Assembly (NCBI GenBank): GCA_965261165.1
Contig: OZ253445.1
Location: 295,617-359,616 of the forward strand
Direction: 5' to 3'
From: Gammaproteobacteria bacterium
GTDB taxonomy: Bacteria; Pseudomonadota; Gammaproteobacteria; Eutrophobiales; Eutrophobiaceae
Length of the DNA: 64,000 bases
Below, in pieces: positions 39,788-50,792 of this stretch (the first letter of the stretch is position 1; the number at the start of each line of letters is the position of its first letter). The notes under the pieces are model-generated. The model had not been told where the DNA came from. It saw only the letters and a list, made by a program, of their open reading frames with translations, and searched no databases. A program made the position numbers and the translations under genes.

Positions 39788-41499
39788 GATTGCTCTCCTG
39801 ATTCTTTGGATTGTTTAGGTGTGAAAAAATCTTGACGCTGGTGGTAGTAACCCACAGCGAAGCGACCCTGATCCTGAAGGTTCAGGCTTGCAGGTAAGTC
39901 CGGGAGTATTTCGCTCATAATTTCACCAATAAGTTTTTCAAGATTGATTTTACGCCCCGGCGATTCCAATTTGCTCAGATGGTGATTTTTGAGTTTTAGC
40001 AAAGTAGGAAATACGCTGACCGGGTTGCTGGATGCCGCTCCGTAGTAACGGTCTTTGATGGTGGCGTTAATACCTGGATTTGCTTCTTCCTGTGTTTTTT
40101 CCAGCACAGCAAAGAGCCTGCCTAAACGGTAAGCGGGATTCGTGTTTTTAATATCTAAACTCACTGTTAATTCCTCATTATTAGGGTGATTACGGTTCAA
40201 GCAGGCTTTTATGAGCGCAGCCCGCTGGTAATTTACTTCCCTTTCTGCTTTGCAACGACGAACGGCAGCGGACAGCAAAGTGAAAGGATAGGGTTGTCCA
40301 GCAAGAATGCTTCGCATCAACTCACCTGCAAGATTCGGGGGTATGTTTTCGCTTTTTCTTTGCGATGCTATGTTGACCAAAAGTAAGAATAATGGCAGAT
40401 AGGACATTTCATGTGGGGCGTGCGTTATCTCCAAATAGTCGAAGTGTTGTTTGATGCGTTGCGATATTTTAGCCACCGTTGCCACCTGCCAAAAGCGAAT
40501 CGAAATACGTGACGCATTCGGGGACAATCCTAATACATAAAAGCGATTTGTCGACACATCATCCTCATGCCGCCCTTGATAAACTGAATCAAATACTGCT
40601 TTTACTGCCCGTGTGTAGGCATCGGGGTCGTCTTTAACTTTCTTCGGGGTTGAGCCAAAAATTGTGCCGAAATCAGATTCAAATGAATGGTTTTCTTCTG
40701 CCCAAAAAATTGTTGACGCATCGCCGACTTGAATGCGTTGTTCTGATCCTTTCCTAAGCAGGTGGTTCAAAGTAGTTGTATAAGCAAAACTGGCTTCTTC
40801 TCCCACCGGCGCATTAGCACCTTGTTCTTTCCCATATGATTTGAATGAATCTTGGTTGAAGGAGACAATATTCCCTCCGGAGCTCTGTGCGCCCCATACG
40901 CCTTTAATGGCAGGATGTAATCGCTCCATCTGATTTTCTTCGCCTGTTACCAAGCAATAGGAAGCCTTGCCATGTGAATGATTGGTGTTTGCAAGTATTT
41001 CTCTCAATTCTGGCTTCTGACAAATCAAGCAAGGTTCACCAGCAATCCGAAAACTGACATTAGGATTTTTTTCGAGTGTCTCCCATGTAGCAGTGTCTTC
41101 CTGAATAGACTCTCGGTCTATTTTATTCAAAAAACACATGATAGCCCGAATACTGGCATCCGATGTATCAAGAGATTGAATTCTATCTCTAAAAGATTGG
41201 TGTTGTTTGGCAACACGTTCTGGTTTGTCTCGGGTATCAATGCCCAGAACATATTCGACGTTATCCCAAAGCAGGTTGCTTTTAATGCCTACGCTTCGTT
41301 TCACGGAACACGGAACCAATTCATTGGTATTTGTATCTGGATGTTTTTCATCACGAACGATAGTCTGAACAAAATTTCCATCAATATCTATTTCAATGAT
41401 GACAGGAATATTTTTTACTTCAAATCCGTATGATGGGAGTACACCTTCGGAGGACGTGCTTTTCCTGTCATAATATTGATTTAACGCCTGCAAAATCAT
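39784..41499 (-). CDS. cas8c: Cas8c (Csd1), type I-C large subunit
   Basis: 571 aa. [13 protein letters not shown]-terminus typical of Csd1. Lies between cas5 and cas7. Confidence 0.9.
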   Translation of the reverse strand: MILQALNQYYDRKSTSSEGVLPSYGFEVKNIPVIIEIDIDGNFVQTIVRDEKHPDTNTNELVPCSVKRSVGIKSNLLWDNVEYVLGIDTRDKPERVAKQHQSFRDRIQSLDTSDASIRAIMCFLNKIDRESIQEDTATWETLEKNPNVSFRIAGEPCLICQKPELREILANTNHSHGKASYCLVTGEENQMERLHPAIKGVWGAQSSGGNIVSFNQDSFKSYGKEQGANAPVGEEASFAYTTTLNHLLRKGSEQRIQVGDASTIFWAEENHSFESDFGTIFGSTPKKVKDDPDAYTRAVKAVFDSVYQGRHEDDVSTNRFYVLGLSPNASRISIRFWQVATVAKISQRIKQHFDYLEITHAPHEMSYLPLFLLLVNIASQRKSENIPPNLAGELMRSILAGQPYPFTLLSAAVRRCKAEREVNYQRAALIKACLNRNHPNNEELTVSLDIKNTNPAYRLGRLFAVLEKTQEEANPGINATIKDRYYGAASSNPVSVFPTLLKLKNHHLSKLESPGRKINLEKLIGEIMSEILPDLPASLNLQDQGRFAVGYYHQRQDFFTPKQSKESGEQS

Positions 41500-42224
41500 C
41501 CCCGCACCTCCGCGCTATCCCATTCTGGAACATCAATTGAACCATCTTTTTTGAGTGTCGGGTTAAAAAATCGTGGCGAAGGAGATTCTGGCTTGGAAAA
41601 GTCCATGTCATAAAGCATCCAGCCTAGCGGACGGTCTTGCTCAAACGGTAAGGCTGATGGCTCCTGTTCGAAGGTTTCAATCAATCGCCAATCAGCGGAA
41701 AATTCGCGTGTACCAAGATAGGGTTGATTAAAACACTGTCCTTTTCTCGCTCGCCTCTTAAACATCTCGGCGAATTTCATGTAGGTGTTTTCGGAGCGAT
41801 CCGCGTCCGCGCATTGCAAATTTGGGTAGTGGTGAATATGTTTGCTGTCATCCTGTAATGAGAAACGCGCATAAAGCCGATAGGCAACATCGCGCAGAAA
41901 AAGCCCGGCTCTTTGCTGGCGATCGTCTTCAATCAGAATATGCAAGTTTCTGTTGCCGCCATTCATTACCTGTTTGACATTGTTGGTGCTGATTACGGAT
42001 GCCACTTCATTGCGGCGCACATTGACCCAGTTAATGGGTTTTAGTAGCTCTATTTTGTTAATGTGCCAGCGCATGGCTGGCTTCCAGAGTATTGCCTCGA
42101 ATATAGCCCGCGCCGCCGATGGGGTAATAACATCGTAGGATACTCTTTCGACTTTCATTTCCGGGCGCGTGAAACAGGCGAAATCACCGGTAACTTCAAG
42201 ACAAAAGGTTTCTTTACTTGGCAT
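41496..42224 (-). CDS. cas5: Cas5c (Cas5d), pre-crRNA processing subunit
   Basis: GDFACFTRPEMKVERVSYDVITPSAARAIFEAILWKP signature. ATGA overlap with cas8c. Confidence 0.93.
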   Translation of the reverse strand: MPSKETFCLEVTGDFACFTRPEMKVERVSYDVITPSAARAIFEAILWKPAMRWHINKIELLKPINWVNVRRNEVASVISTNNVKQVMNGGNRNLHILIEDDRQQRAGLFLRDVAYRLYARFSLQDDSKHIHHYPNLQCADADRSENTYMKFAEMFKRRARKGQCFNQPYLGTREFSADWRLIETFEQEPSALPFEQDRPLGWMLYDMDFSKPESPSPRFFNPTLKKDGSIDVPEWDSAEVRG

Positions 42225-42237
42225 ATAAAAGTTTCCT

Positions 42238-44517
42238 CTACAGAACAGAATTGCCGGGCGCGAGTTCTATTTCACCCGTCAGCAAGCCGAGTTTATCATG
42301 GTAAATTTCGCTATTAATTTCGCTATTACATTGAGCGTAAAACCCTGATGATACCTCTTTAATATCGCCCCTAGCGAGCATCGCATTGAACTGGTGATTA
42401 TATACTGTAACGCTGTAACGCTGGAGTTTTCTTAATAGTTCCCTGTTCGGGTGAAACCCCAATTCCTTCAACCAGTCGTCAACCTCTTTCCCGTGCCTTA
42501 CATATATCGTATGGGTATTAGCATCGTCAATCATGCGGAATTTAAGCGCGGCAGTGCGAAATTGAATCTGTAAGCCTCCAGCATCGCGTTCCAACAAATC
42601 GTACATATTGGCGGTATCGGTCTCTACCTGATGGAATAAATGGTCAAAGTAGCGTTCAAATATTTCCGGGCTATCGATAGATTTATTATCGTCAAAACAA
42701 CTCAGAATCGATATGCAAGATGCAATAGCCGTTCCGATTGTGCCTTTGGGCAGGGTTGAAGGTGGCACGAACACCACAACTTTCCCCTTTCCCTTTCCGG
42801 CTTCAAGTTTGCCTTCACGATTACAGCGACCGCCAGCCTGAATGATTGAATCCAGCCCAGCCATCGCGCGGTAAACCACCGGAAAATCAAAATCAACACC
42901 TGCCTCCACCAATTGTGTGCTAATCACTCTGGTTGGTTTGCCGTCCTTGAGTCGCTTTTTAATTTCATCAATCACGCAAGAGCGGTGCGCCGCACACATA
43001 AGAGCCGAAAGATGGTAAGTGCCCGAGGGCATCGACTCAAGCATCAACTCAAACAAATCCTTTGCATCCTGCCGCTTGTTGACGATGACAAGCACTGAAT
43101 CATATTGCGCTAACTCTTCGGCTATCTCAACCCAGCCACGAGATGTCTCAAAATCTTTTGGTAACTTATAGTTAACCCGTTTAAGCTGGGCGTAGTATTC
43201 GTTGGGATTGCGAACAATTTCCGTGCTGCTTAATCCCTCAAGTAATTTTTTCCCAAACGGGTTGTTTTGTTCATCTAGTCCGGTTGGGGTCGCTGTCGAG
43301 AGAATAAATGTAACACCATAATGTTCTGCCAGAAGTGCCATGATTTTCCGAATAGGCGCAAGGTGTTGTAGCGGTAACAACTGAATCTCATCGAGAACGA
43401 CAACGCTATTGGCTATGTTGTGTAATTTGCGACAACGGCTTGTGCGAGCGGCAAACAGCGACTCGAAGAATTGCACTGTGGTAGTAACCACAATGGGTGC
43501 GTCCCAGTTTTCGGTGGCAAGTCGAGATTTGGCATTTTCCTGGGATTCTTTATCTGGCTCGACATTGCTGTGATGTTCCAGGATTGAATCACCCAGCGAC
43601 CCAACAATTTCCTTAAATACCGTTGCTGTTTGTTCAATGATGCTGGTGTAGGGAATGGCGTAAATGATGCGTCTCTTTTCGTGCTGGACAGCATGTTCCA
43701 GCGCAAAAGCCAAACTCGACAGGGTTTTGCCACCACCGGTGGGAACCGTTAGCGTAAAAATACCCGGTGACTTTGTGGCGGCTTGCCGACATTGAGATAA
43801 GAATTCCGCTCGAATTTTGTTGACCGGCGACGACTCAGAGTTTTGCGTCTTGGTCGCCATGTTCGCATTGAAAGCGTTCAAGAACTCACCAAGCGGAATG
43901 GCTACGGGTCGTTGTTTGGAACGGTGCGGCGACATGAAGGACTCTGTATCCAGAAAGTCAGCATCCACCAAACAGGAAAACAACATACGGATCCACAGAT
44001 GCGCCCCGCTCGGGTCTTCGCCCGGACACGGCGTTGTCGGTGCATCGCAAGAAAGAACGCACTCTGGAATTTGCTCGCGAAGGGCTTCTTGCAAAAGCGG
44101 TTTATCACGTTCAAGCACTTCACTAAGCGATGCTCCTCTTGCCTCTCCATTGACAAAATCAGGTAATCCAGCGTGATGCCCGGCAATCATATACGCAAGC
44201 GGTAAACCCATGCCGCCTAGTTTGTCTCGTGCATAAATAGCACCTGTCGATGCGTGATTGGTTCTCGGGTCGTTGTCTTTCTCTATGTGTGCATCCGGAT
44301 TTATGCCCGTGCCACGTTGTATATATGCCTGAAAAGCTGCACGATACTTGCCTAAATCATGCCAAAGCCCTGCGGGATAAGCCCAGTCACCTGCACCAAA
44401 CTCTTTCGCAAACTCTTGTGCTTTTTTTGCGACCTTTCGTAGATGATCTTCCAGCAGGTGTATGTCAAAGCCTTTTTCTGCGGATGAATTTTCTTTTGCA
44501 TGGGCTATGTATTTCAT
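42238..44517 (-). CDS. cas3: Cas3 HD-nuclease/helicase; start trimmed to MKYIAHAK
   Basis: HD domain (GLWHDLGKY, AGHHAG). Walker A TVPTGGGKT. Motif II VVLDEIQ. C-terminal helicase domain. Confidence 0.93.
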   Translation of the reverse strand: MKYIAHAKENSSAEKGFDIHLLEDHLRKVAKKAQEFAKEFGAGDWAYPAGLWHDLGKYRAAFQAYIQRGTGINPDAHIEKDNDPRTNHASTGAIYARDKLGGMGLPLAYMIAGHHAGLPDFVNGEARGASLSEVLERDKPLLQEALREQIPECVLSCDAPTTPCPGEDPSGAHLWIRMLFSCLVDADFLDTESFMSPHRSKQRPVAIPLGEFLNAFNANMATKTQNSESSPVNKIRAEFLSQCRQAATKSPGIFTLTVPTGGGKTLSSLAFALEHAVQHEKRRIIYAIPYTSIIEQTATVFKEIVGSLGDSILEHHSNVEPDKESQENAKSRLATENWDAPIVVTTTVQFFESLFAARTSRCRKLHNIANSVVVLDEIQLLPLQHLAPIRKIMALLAEHYGVTFILSTATPTGLDEQNNPFGKKLLEGLSSTEIVRNPNEYYAQLKRVNYKLPKDFETSRGWVEIAEELAQYDSVLVIVNKRQDAKDLFELMLESMPSGTYHLSALMCAAHRSCVIDEIKKRLKDGKPTRVISTQLVEAGVDFDFPVVYRAMAGLDSIIQAGGRCNREGKLEAGKGKGKVVVFVPPSTLPKGTIGTAIASCISILSCFDDNKSIDSPEIFERYFDHLFHQVETDTANMYDLLERDAGGLQIQFRTAALKFRMIDDANTHTIYVRHGKEVDDWLKELGFHPNRELLRKLQRYSVTVYNHQFNAMLARGDIKEVSSGFYAQCNSEINSEIYHDKLGLLTGEIELAPGNSVL

Positions 44518-44744
44518 GTTTTTTCGAGTATCTTTATCGGTTAATCGTCTTTGTATCCATAAGTGTAACACTCCTAAGCCAGCCAAAGGGGACACTCGTA
44601 CTCTTTTAACCAAACCGAAAAAGCCCTAAAGCATAAATAGATACCCGTTTGACTGCACAAAAGATACCCTATTTGCCCAGTGAATCAGCAACATTACCCC
44701 CAACAGGAATCGCTAAAACCATGGGCAGAAGCAAACCAACCATC

Positions 44745-44913
44745 CGCCGTAAAACTAAGCGTAATACAAAAGGGCAAATGCCATTGCAACAAGCCACCGA
44801 TTTAATATAATCGACCTAGAAAATGCTTGGGGTATAAAACCCCTCGGGAGGTCTTTTCCCACGCACTGGGAATGAATCATAATATAAACCCGAGTGTTGC
44901 ACTTATGGGTTGA
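44745..44913 (+). mobile_element. IS30-family transposase C-terminal relic (non-functional)
   Basis: Frame from 44812 reads RPRKCLGYKTPREVF, the conserved IS30 C-terminal block. An in-frame stop lies just upstream and no intact ORF remains. Confidence 0.55.
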
Positions 44914-44966
44914 ATTCGCACCTTTGCAAGGCAAAGAGACTAAATAAAGAGGGTTGGGTTGCAGTC

Positions 44967-45120
44967 ATGCGTTCAGCCTATGAACGTGTCTTTGCTCACC
45001 GTAACTGGCGGGTTGGTTATCGCGGTTTGCAGAAGGCGCAATCTCAGTAGGTATGCGTGTACTGACTTTCAACCGCAAAAGAGTGATGACGCTGGGGTTT
45101 GAAGACATCAATTTAATACC
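44967..45120 (+). mobile_element. IS5/IS1182-type DDE transposase C-terminal relic (frameshifted)
   Basis: MRSAYERVFAHRNWRVGYRGLQKAQSQ, then a stop. Continuation in another frame reads GMRVLTFNRKRVMTLG. This resembles the ER.FA...YRGL.K....NL.R transposase tail. Confidence 0.45.
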
Positions 45121-45296
45121 TGCCCAAGGTAAATACTAGGGTAAATCCGCCTTCCATTTACCTAAAGGGCAGACCTAAGGCACTCATAGCCTAAAATAGC
45201 CCATTGGGCCTTAAATAAAGCGGACTTATTGTCGTTTATTTGAACAAATATGTGAATTTTGACATTGTTCTAGATTAACCGACAAGCTCTTTTTGA

Positions 45297-46271
45297 TCAG
45301 GGCATCAGAATAATTTTTCCTGTTGTTTTTCGACCTTCTAGGCTTCGATGCGCTTCCTGCGCTTCAGACAAGGGGAAAAAATATTCAAGTCTCAATTTTA
45401 GTTTCCCCTGAGCTATCCAATTAAAAACATCGCCGCTGCGCCATTCAAGGCTTTCTCGGTCAGCCGTATAATCAAATAAGGTAGGACGAGTGAGAAAAAG
45501 TGAACCCTTTGTGCCCAGTGTTGCAGGGTTAAACTCAGTTACTGGTCCGCTGGCGTTGCCGTAAAGTACCATGTAACCGAAACGCTGCAAACAGTCTATG
45601 CTGTTCTCGAAAGTAGTTTTGCCTACAGAGTCATAGACTACATTGACGCCTTTGTTGTCAGTGATGCGCTTAACTTCGGTTTCGAAATCTGTTTGGAAGT
45701 AAAGAATGACCTCATCCGCACCCGCTGCTAGGGCAAGTTCAGCCTTCTCTTCAGTCGAGACTGTGCCGATGACAAAAGCTCCCGCATTCTTCGCCATCTG
45801 AATAAGAATCAGGCCGACGCCACCAGCCGCTGCATGAATTAGACAGCTATCGCCATTTTTAATTGGATAGGTGGATTGGGAAAGATAGTGTGCGGTGCAA
45901 CCCTGTAACATCGCTGCCGCCCCTTCGTTAAACGAAACGCCGTCAGGGATGTACACGATTTTTTCCTGATCTACCGCAGCATATTCGGCATAGGCTCCCA
46001 GTACGTTGGTGTAGGCGACTCTATCACCAATGCGGAAGCGGGCGACCTCCACGCCAATTTCTTCTACCGTGCCGCTGGCTTCCAGGCCCAGAGTTGCAGG
46101 CAAGGGGATTTGATAGAGGCCAGAACGCTGGTAGGTATCTATGTAATTAATGCCCGCTGCTTCCACCTTGATGAGAACTTCAGTGGCCGCCAGATTCGGC
46201 TTATCCACTTCCTCGTAGCCCATAACTTCAGGGCCGCCGTATGCCTTAACTGTTACCGCTTTCATTGCCAA
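45297..46271 (-). CDS. qor: NADPH:quinone oxidoreductase (zeta-crystallin/MDR family)
   Basis: 324 aa. INYIDTYQRSGLY. Nucleotide-binding AAGGVGL. Confidence 0.8.
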   Translation of the reverse strand: MAMKAVTVKAYGGPEVMGYEEVDKPNLAATEVLIKVEAAGINYIDTYQRSGLYQIPLPATLGLEASGTVEEIGVEVARFRIGDRVAYTNVLGAYAEYAAVDQEKIVYIPDGVSFNEGAAAMLQGCTAHYLSQSTYPIKNGDSCLIHAAAGGVGLILIQMAKNAGAFVIGTVSTEEKAELALAAGADEVILYFQTDFETEVKRITDNKGVNVVYDSVGKTTFENSIDCLQRFGYMVLYGNASGPVTEFNPATLGTKGSLFLTRPTLFDYTADRESLEWRSGDVFNWIAQGKLKLRLEYFFPLSEAQEAHRSLEGRKTTGKIILMP

Positions 46272-46403
46272 TTTCCCTTGCTTAAAAGGCCCTTTATCGC
46301 AGAAATTACTGACGCTGACAATTGGTTTGCTACTAATGCCAGTAAATACGCCACTGGACGGGTATTGGCAACAGGTTTATTCCGTGTAACGAGTTGAATT
46401 CAA

Positions 46404-46772
46404 ATGAAGCCGGAGTGCAACGACATGCCGTTCCCCACATCCCAATCTTTACGACTGTGCCTGGCAGCAGTAATTACAGTGTTTCTGTTGCCGAGTTCTT
46501 TGGCTCAGCAAGCGCCTATCGAACTCAGTCAAAATATAGTCGACGCGAGTAATATTTTTGTTGCTAACTTAAACTCGATGCAACGCGATAAGGCCAGCTA
46601 CGGCTTTGATGATGAAGAACGATTGAATGGGCATTTCATTCCTCGTGCCCGAAAGGGTATCCCGCTAAAAGAACTCAATTCGACGGTATTAACCGACATG
46701 GCAGCTCCAATCCGAGTAAAAATGACCGGCGCAGTACACAAGAAAAAGCCAGCCGCTGGCCGGCTGGATTAA
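46404..46772 (+). CDS. hypothetical secreted protein, possibly a truncated fragment
   Basis: Signal-peptide-like N-terminus. The middle block SYGFDDEERLNGHFIPRARKGIPL is reminiscent of DUF3500 N-termini, but the ORF is only 122 aa. Confidence 0.3.
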   Translation: MKPECNDMPFPTSQSLRLCLAAVITVFLLPSSLAQQAPIELSQNIVDASNIFVANLNSMQRDKASYGFDDEERLNGHFIPRARKGIPLKELNSTVLTDMAAPIRVKMTGAVHKKKPAAGRLD

Positions 46773-46864
46773 CCGCTTACTGTGGCTTATCTAATAGTTC
46801 CTGAGCATTCAATATCCTCATGGACTACAATGGCAGGCATTGAAACTAGGCAGGAGGGTTAGGT

Positions 46865-48307
46865 TTGCCAGCATTTGAACGGCAGCTAATGGCAGCCTGC
46901 CGACATATCATCACCGACTCGGCGCGCCTTAAAGCATACGAAACAGATGGCTTGACGGCCAAAAAAACAGCCCCTAGATTCGTGGCTCTGCCAGAGACAA
47001 TCGAAGAAGTGCAAGCAGTGGTGCGGCTCTGTTTCGAGCAGCAGGTACCGCTGGTGGCGCGCGGCGCTGGCACCGGCCTATCTGGTGGCGCCATGCCGCA
47101 CAAGGACGGCGTATTGCTGGGCCTGGCTAAATTTAATCGTATCCTTGCAATAGACGCAGAAAACCTGCTTGCCAGGGTCGAACCAGGGGTTACCAACCTG
47201 GCTATTTCCACAGCGGTTGATGACCGGGGGCTTTACTATGCGCCGGATCCCTCATCCCAGATTGCCTGCACTATCGGCGGCAATGTCGCAGAAAATTCCG
47301 GCGGCGTGCATTGTTTGAAATATGGGCTCACAGTGCACAATGTGCGTAGACTCAAGATGGTATCACCAGAGGGCGAGATTTATTATCTGGGCAGTGATGG
47401 ATACGACAGTCCGGGCTTTGACCTGCTGGCCTTGATGCACGGCTCAGAAGGCATGTTGGGCCTAGTGATGGAAGTTACCGTCAAACTACTGCCAAAGCCA
47501 GAAGATGTGCTGGTGGTGCTGGCCGGCTTTGCTCGGGTAACCGATGCAGCAGAAGCGGTTAGCGCTATCATTAGCGCGGGGTTATTGCCAGCGGGTTTAG
47601 AGATGATGGACAAGCAGGCGATCAGGGCAGCAGAAGCCTTCGTTCATGCCGGCTATCCATTGGATGTAGATGCCATCTTGCTGTGTGAATTAGACGGTAA
47701 TAAAGCCGAGGTTGAAGCGCAGTTAGAGATACTGACCGCAGTATTAACGCGCCAGAGTGCCAAACATATTAAAGTGGCCCGGGCGCCAGCCGAGCGGGCT
47801 AACCTTTGGTTAGGGCGTAAAGCTACCTTTCCGGCGGCCGGGCGCATTGCACCAGATTACTACTGTATGGATGGCACCATCCCAAGGCGAGAATTAGCCG
47901 CAGCGCTGGCCGAGATAGCCCGCCTGTCTGAGGTCTATGGGCTAACCGTGGCTAATGTGTTTCATGCGGGTGATGGCAATCTGCACCCGTTAATCCTGTT
48001 TGATGCTAACCAGCCTGGCGAGACAGATAAAGCCGAGGCGTTTGGCGCCAAAATACTCGAACTCTGCATTCGGCTTGGCGGCACCATTACTGGTGAGCAT
48101 GGTGTGGGTATCGAAAAAATTGATCAGATGTGCATACAATTTGGTAACAATGAACTCAAACTGTTCCATGGTATTAAAGTAGTATTCGATTCGGCTGGGT
48201 TTTTTAATCCGGGCAAAGCCGTGCCAACCCTGCATAGGTGTGCCGAGTTTGGCGCTATGCGTGTGCATAAAGGTGAAGCAAAATTCCCGCATCTGGAGCG
48301 CTTTTAA
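46865..48307 (+). CDS. glcD: glycolate oxidase FAD-linked subunit GlcD
   Basis: 480 aa. PCMH FAD domain (ARGAGTGLSGGA). TTG start 7 nt after AGGAGG. Followed by glcE and glcF. Confidence 0.85.
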   Translation: MPAFERQLMAACRHIITDSARLKAYETDGLTAKKTAPRFVALPETIEEVQAVVRLCFEQQVPLVARGAGTGLSGGAMPHKDGVLLGLAKFNRILAIDAENLLARVEPGVTNLAISTAVDDRGLYYAPDPSSQIACTIGGNVAENSGGVHCLKYGLTVHNVRRLKMVSPEGEIYYLGSDGYDSPGFDLLALMHGSEGMLGLVMEVTVKLLPKPEDVLVVLAGFARVTDAAEAVSAIISAGLLPAGLEMMDKQAIRAAEAFVHAGYPLDVDAILLCELDGNKAEVEAQLEILTAVLTRQSAKHIKVARAPAERANLWLGRKATFPAAGRIAPDYYCMDGTIPRRELAAALAEIARLSEVYGLTVANVFHAGDGNLHPLILFDANQPGETDKAEAFGAKILELCIRLGGTITGEHGVGIEKIDQMCIQFGNNELKLFHGIKVVFDSAGFFNPGKAVPTLHRCAEFGAMRVHKGEAKFPHLERF

Positions 48308-49404
48308 TGGCTATGGAAATATACACCGCGGCAGTAGAAAAAATCACCGAAGCAGCGGCAAAAAATCAGCCGTTGCATATTGTCGGTGGCGGCAGCAAAG
48401 CCTTCTATGCCGCAACTTGCCTGGGGCAAGATGGCACCGCACCAGAGGTTCTGGATGTAACCAGCCATCAGGGCATTGTTGCATACCAGCCAGATGAGCT
48501 GGTACTAAGCGTTAGATCCGGCACTAGGTTAGCTGAAGTTCAGGCCCTGCTGGATGCAGAACAGCAGATGTTGGCTTTTGAGCCGCCACACTTTGGCGGC
48601 GATGCAACCATTGGCGGCATGGTTGCTGCGGGCATATCCGGCTCCCGCCGACCCTATGGGGGAGCAGTGCGAGACTATGTTTTAGGTGTAAATATGATAG
48701 ATGGCATGGGTCAGTCGATGGCCTTTGGCGGCCAGGTAATGAAAAACGTAGCCGGTTACGATGTGTCTAGGCTTATGGCCGGCAGTCTTGGCTGTCTTGG
48801 CGTCATCACCGAGGTTAGTTTTAAGGTGTTACCAAAACCCGAATTTGAAACCAGCCTAAGTCTTGTTTTAACCTTGGCGGATGCCAGAAAAACAATGCTG
48901 GCCCAGTTACGGCAGCCACTGGTTTCTGCATCTGCTTACTTTAATGGCGCATTGTATATTCGTCTATCGGGCGCAGAATCATCAGTGCGGCAATGTGCGA
49001 AAACCCTGGGTGGTGAATGCGCGGCCAATGCTATTTGGTCGGCCATCGATAATTTGACCCTGCTCACCGGCTACAAGGATTTGTGGCGAATCTCAACTCG
49101 GGCTGCCAGTGATTTGTATTTGCGTGAGGCATCTTTGATTGATTGGGGCGGCGGGCAGCGCTGGTTAATTGACCCTGGTTTTGATCCCGGTTTAGACCCT
49201 AGTTTAGACCCTAGTTTAGGTGCTGCATCGGCGGGCCATGCTACTCTAGTCAGGCGTCAGGGTCATAAAGAAGACGGGGTGCCCGGCCCTGGCGATAAGT
49301 TTCAGCGTTTAACCCCGGTGCTGTTAAAAATACATCAGGGCTTAAAACATCAGTTTGACCCTAAGGGTATTTTGAACCCGCATAAAATGTGTGCCGAATT
49401 CTAA
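48307..49404 (+). CDS. glcE: glycolate oxidase FAD-binding subunit GlcE
   Basis: 365 aa FAD-binding PCMH-type protein. C-terminal FDPKGILNP. Start overlaps the glcD stop. Confidence 0.8.
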   Translation: MAMEIYTAAVEKITEAAAKNQPLHIVGGGSKAFYAATCLGQDGTAPEVLDVTSHQGIVAYQPDELVLSVRSGTRLAEVQALLDAEQQMLAFEPPHFGGDATIGGMVAAGISGSRRPYGGAVRDYVLGVNMIDGMGQSMAFGGQVMKNVAGYDVSRLMAGSLGCLGVITEVSFKVLPKPEFETSLSLVLTLADARKTMLAQLRQPLVSASAYFNGALYIRLSGAESSVRQCAKTLGGECAANAIWSAIDNLTLLTGYKDLWRISTRAASDLYLREASLIDWGGGQRWLIDPGFDPGLDPSLDPSLGAASAGHATLVRRQGHKEDGVPGPGDKFQRLTPVLLKIHQGLKHQFDPKGILNPHKMCAEF

Positions 49405-49407
49405 ACC

Positions 49408-50673
49408 ATGCAAACAATCATTCATCCTACATTACAGTCGCGCCCAGAGATTCAGGAGGCCGATGATATATTGAGAAAGTGCGTACACTGCGGTTTTTGC
49501 ACGGCAACCTGTCCTACCTATCAATTATTAGGGGATGAGCTTGATGGGCCAAGAGGTCGGATATATCTCATAAAATCCATGCTGGAAGAGAATGACATCA
49601 GCGCCAAATCTGTCGATCACCTCAATCGGTGCCTGACTTGCCGAGCCTGTGAGACCAGTTGCCCATCTGGTGTTGCCTATGGCAGGCTGTTAGATATAGG
49701 GCGCGGCCTGATCAGCGAATCCTTTCAGCCCCGGGGCAGGCCGAGTGACCTGCGGCGCAACCTCATCGGTTGGACCCTGCGCCAACTTATTACCAGACGC
49801 TGGTTATTTGACCCCTTGCTGAAATCAGCGCAGTGGATGCGGTCTATGCTGCCGAAATTTGTCGCGCATCACATCCCTAGATCAGTGCCGTCAGCCACCA
49901 ATGCCCCGGCTTGGCAGCCACTGAAAAGCCCGAGCTTGAATATTATCCTCCTGCAAGGCTGCGTACAAAAATCCGCCACGCCGAATGTGAATAAAGCTAT
50001 CGAATATCTACTATCTGAGCATAACGTACAAACCCACTACCTTAGCGAAGAGGGTTGTTGTGGCGCCCTGGATTATCACCTGGCGGCCCATGAAGCTGGT
50101 ATTAAAAGAATGAAAACCCTGCTCGATCGGTTGTATGATCGCTTGCATGCGGTGGATTATATCGTATCTTCTGCCAGCGGTTGCGGTGTTACCATCAAGG
50201 AGTATGCCGAGCTGCTGAAGCATGAAGCGGCTTATGCCGAAAAGGCAGCCAGGGTTTGCGAGAAGGTGGTAGACATTGCTGAATTGTTAGCGCGGTTCAA
50301 ATTTCAATGTGATGGCAAAGCAGTGGCAGTACATACCCCCTGCACACTACAACACGGCCAGAAATTACCCGCTCAGATTGAAAATTTTTTATTGAAGTGC
50401 GGCGCTAAACTCACGGCCCACAAGGATAAACATCTTTGCTGCGGCGCAGCGGGTACCTATTCGATATTGGAGCCTACTCTGTCAAGCGCCCTGGCAGCAC
50501 AGAAAATCACAGCACTGACGGAACATCATCCGGATTTTATTGTAACCGCTAACGTTGGTTGTCAGATACACCTAGATAGTGCCCTAGAGCATCGGCATAA
50601 AACCGGTAGCGCGACTCGCGTCATACACTGGGTCGAATATCTGGCACAACAGCACCAGGCATCAAAAAAATAA
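49408..50673 (+). CDS. glcF: glycolate oxidase iron-sulfur subunit GlcF
   Basis: CVHCGFCTATCPTY and CLTCRACETSCPSG clusters. GPRGRIYLIK. C-terminal CCG-type Cys-rich repeats. Confidence 0.88.
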   Translation: MQTIIHPTLQSRPEIQEADDILRKCVHCGFCTATCPTYQLLGDELDGPRGRIYLIKSMLEENDISAKSVDHLNRCLTCRACETSCPSGVAYGRLLDIGRGLISESFQPRGRPSDLRRNLIGWTLRQLITRRWLFDPLLKSAQWMRSMLPKFVAHHIPRSVPSATNAPAWQPLKSPSLNIILLQGCVQKSATPNVNKAIEYLLSEHNVQTHYLSEEGCCGALDYHLAAHEAGIKRMKTLLDRLYDRLHAVDYIVSSASGCGVTIKEYAELLKHEAAYAEKAARVCEKVVDIAELLARFKFQCDGKAVAVHTPCTLQHGQKLPAQIENFLLKCGAKLTAHKDKHLCCGAAGTYSILEPTLSSALAAQKITALTEHHPDFIVTANVGCQIHLDSALEHRHKTGSATRVIHWVEYLAQQHQASKK

Positions 50674-50752
50674 CAAGAGATCGTACACTATCCCAGCACG
50701 GCCATGCGGACACAGATAGCAACGGCAAGCGCTTCTAACTGGCAGCCCTTGC

Positions 50753-50792
50753 TGGATAAACTCTTGATGGATAAACTCTTGCTGGATAAACA
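50753..50792. repeat. 15-nt tandem repeat TGGATAAACTCTTGN, about 2.7 copies
   Basis: Read directly: tggataaactcttga tggataaactcttgc tggataaaca. Confidence 0.8.

Noticed and set aside
46846-47211. 121-aa minus-strand ORF rich in Arg/Ser/Ala.
   Set aside because: It is antisense to the well-supported glcD gene, a typical shadow ORF in GC-richer DNA.
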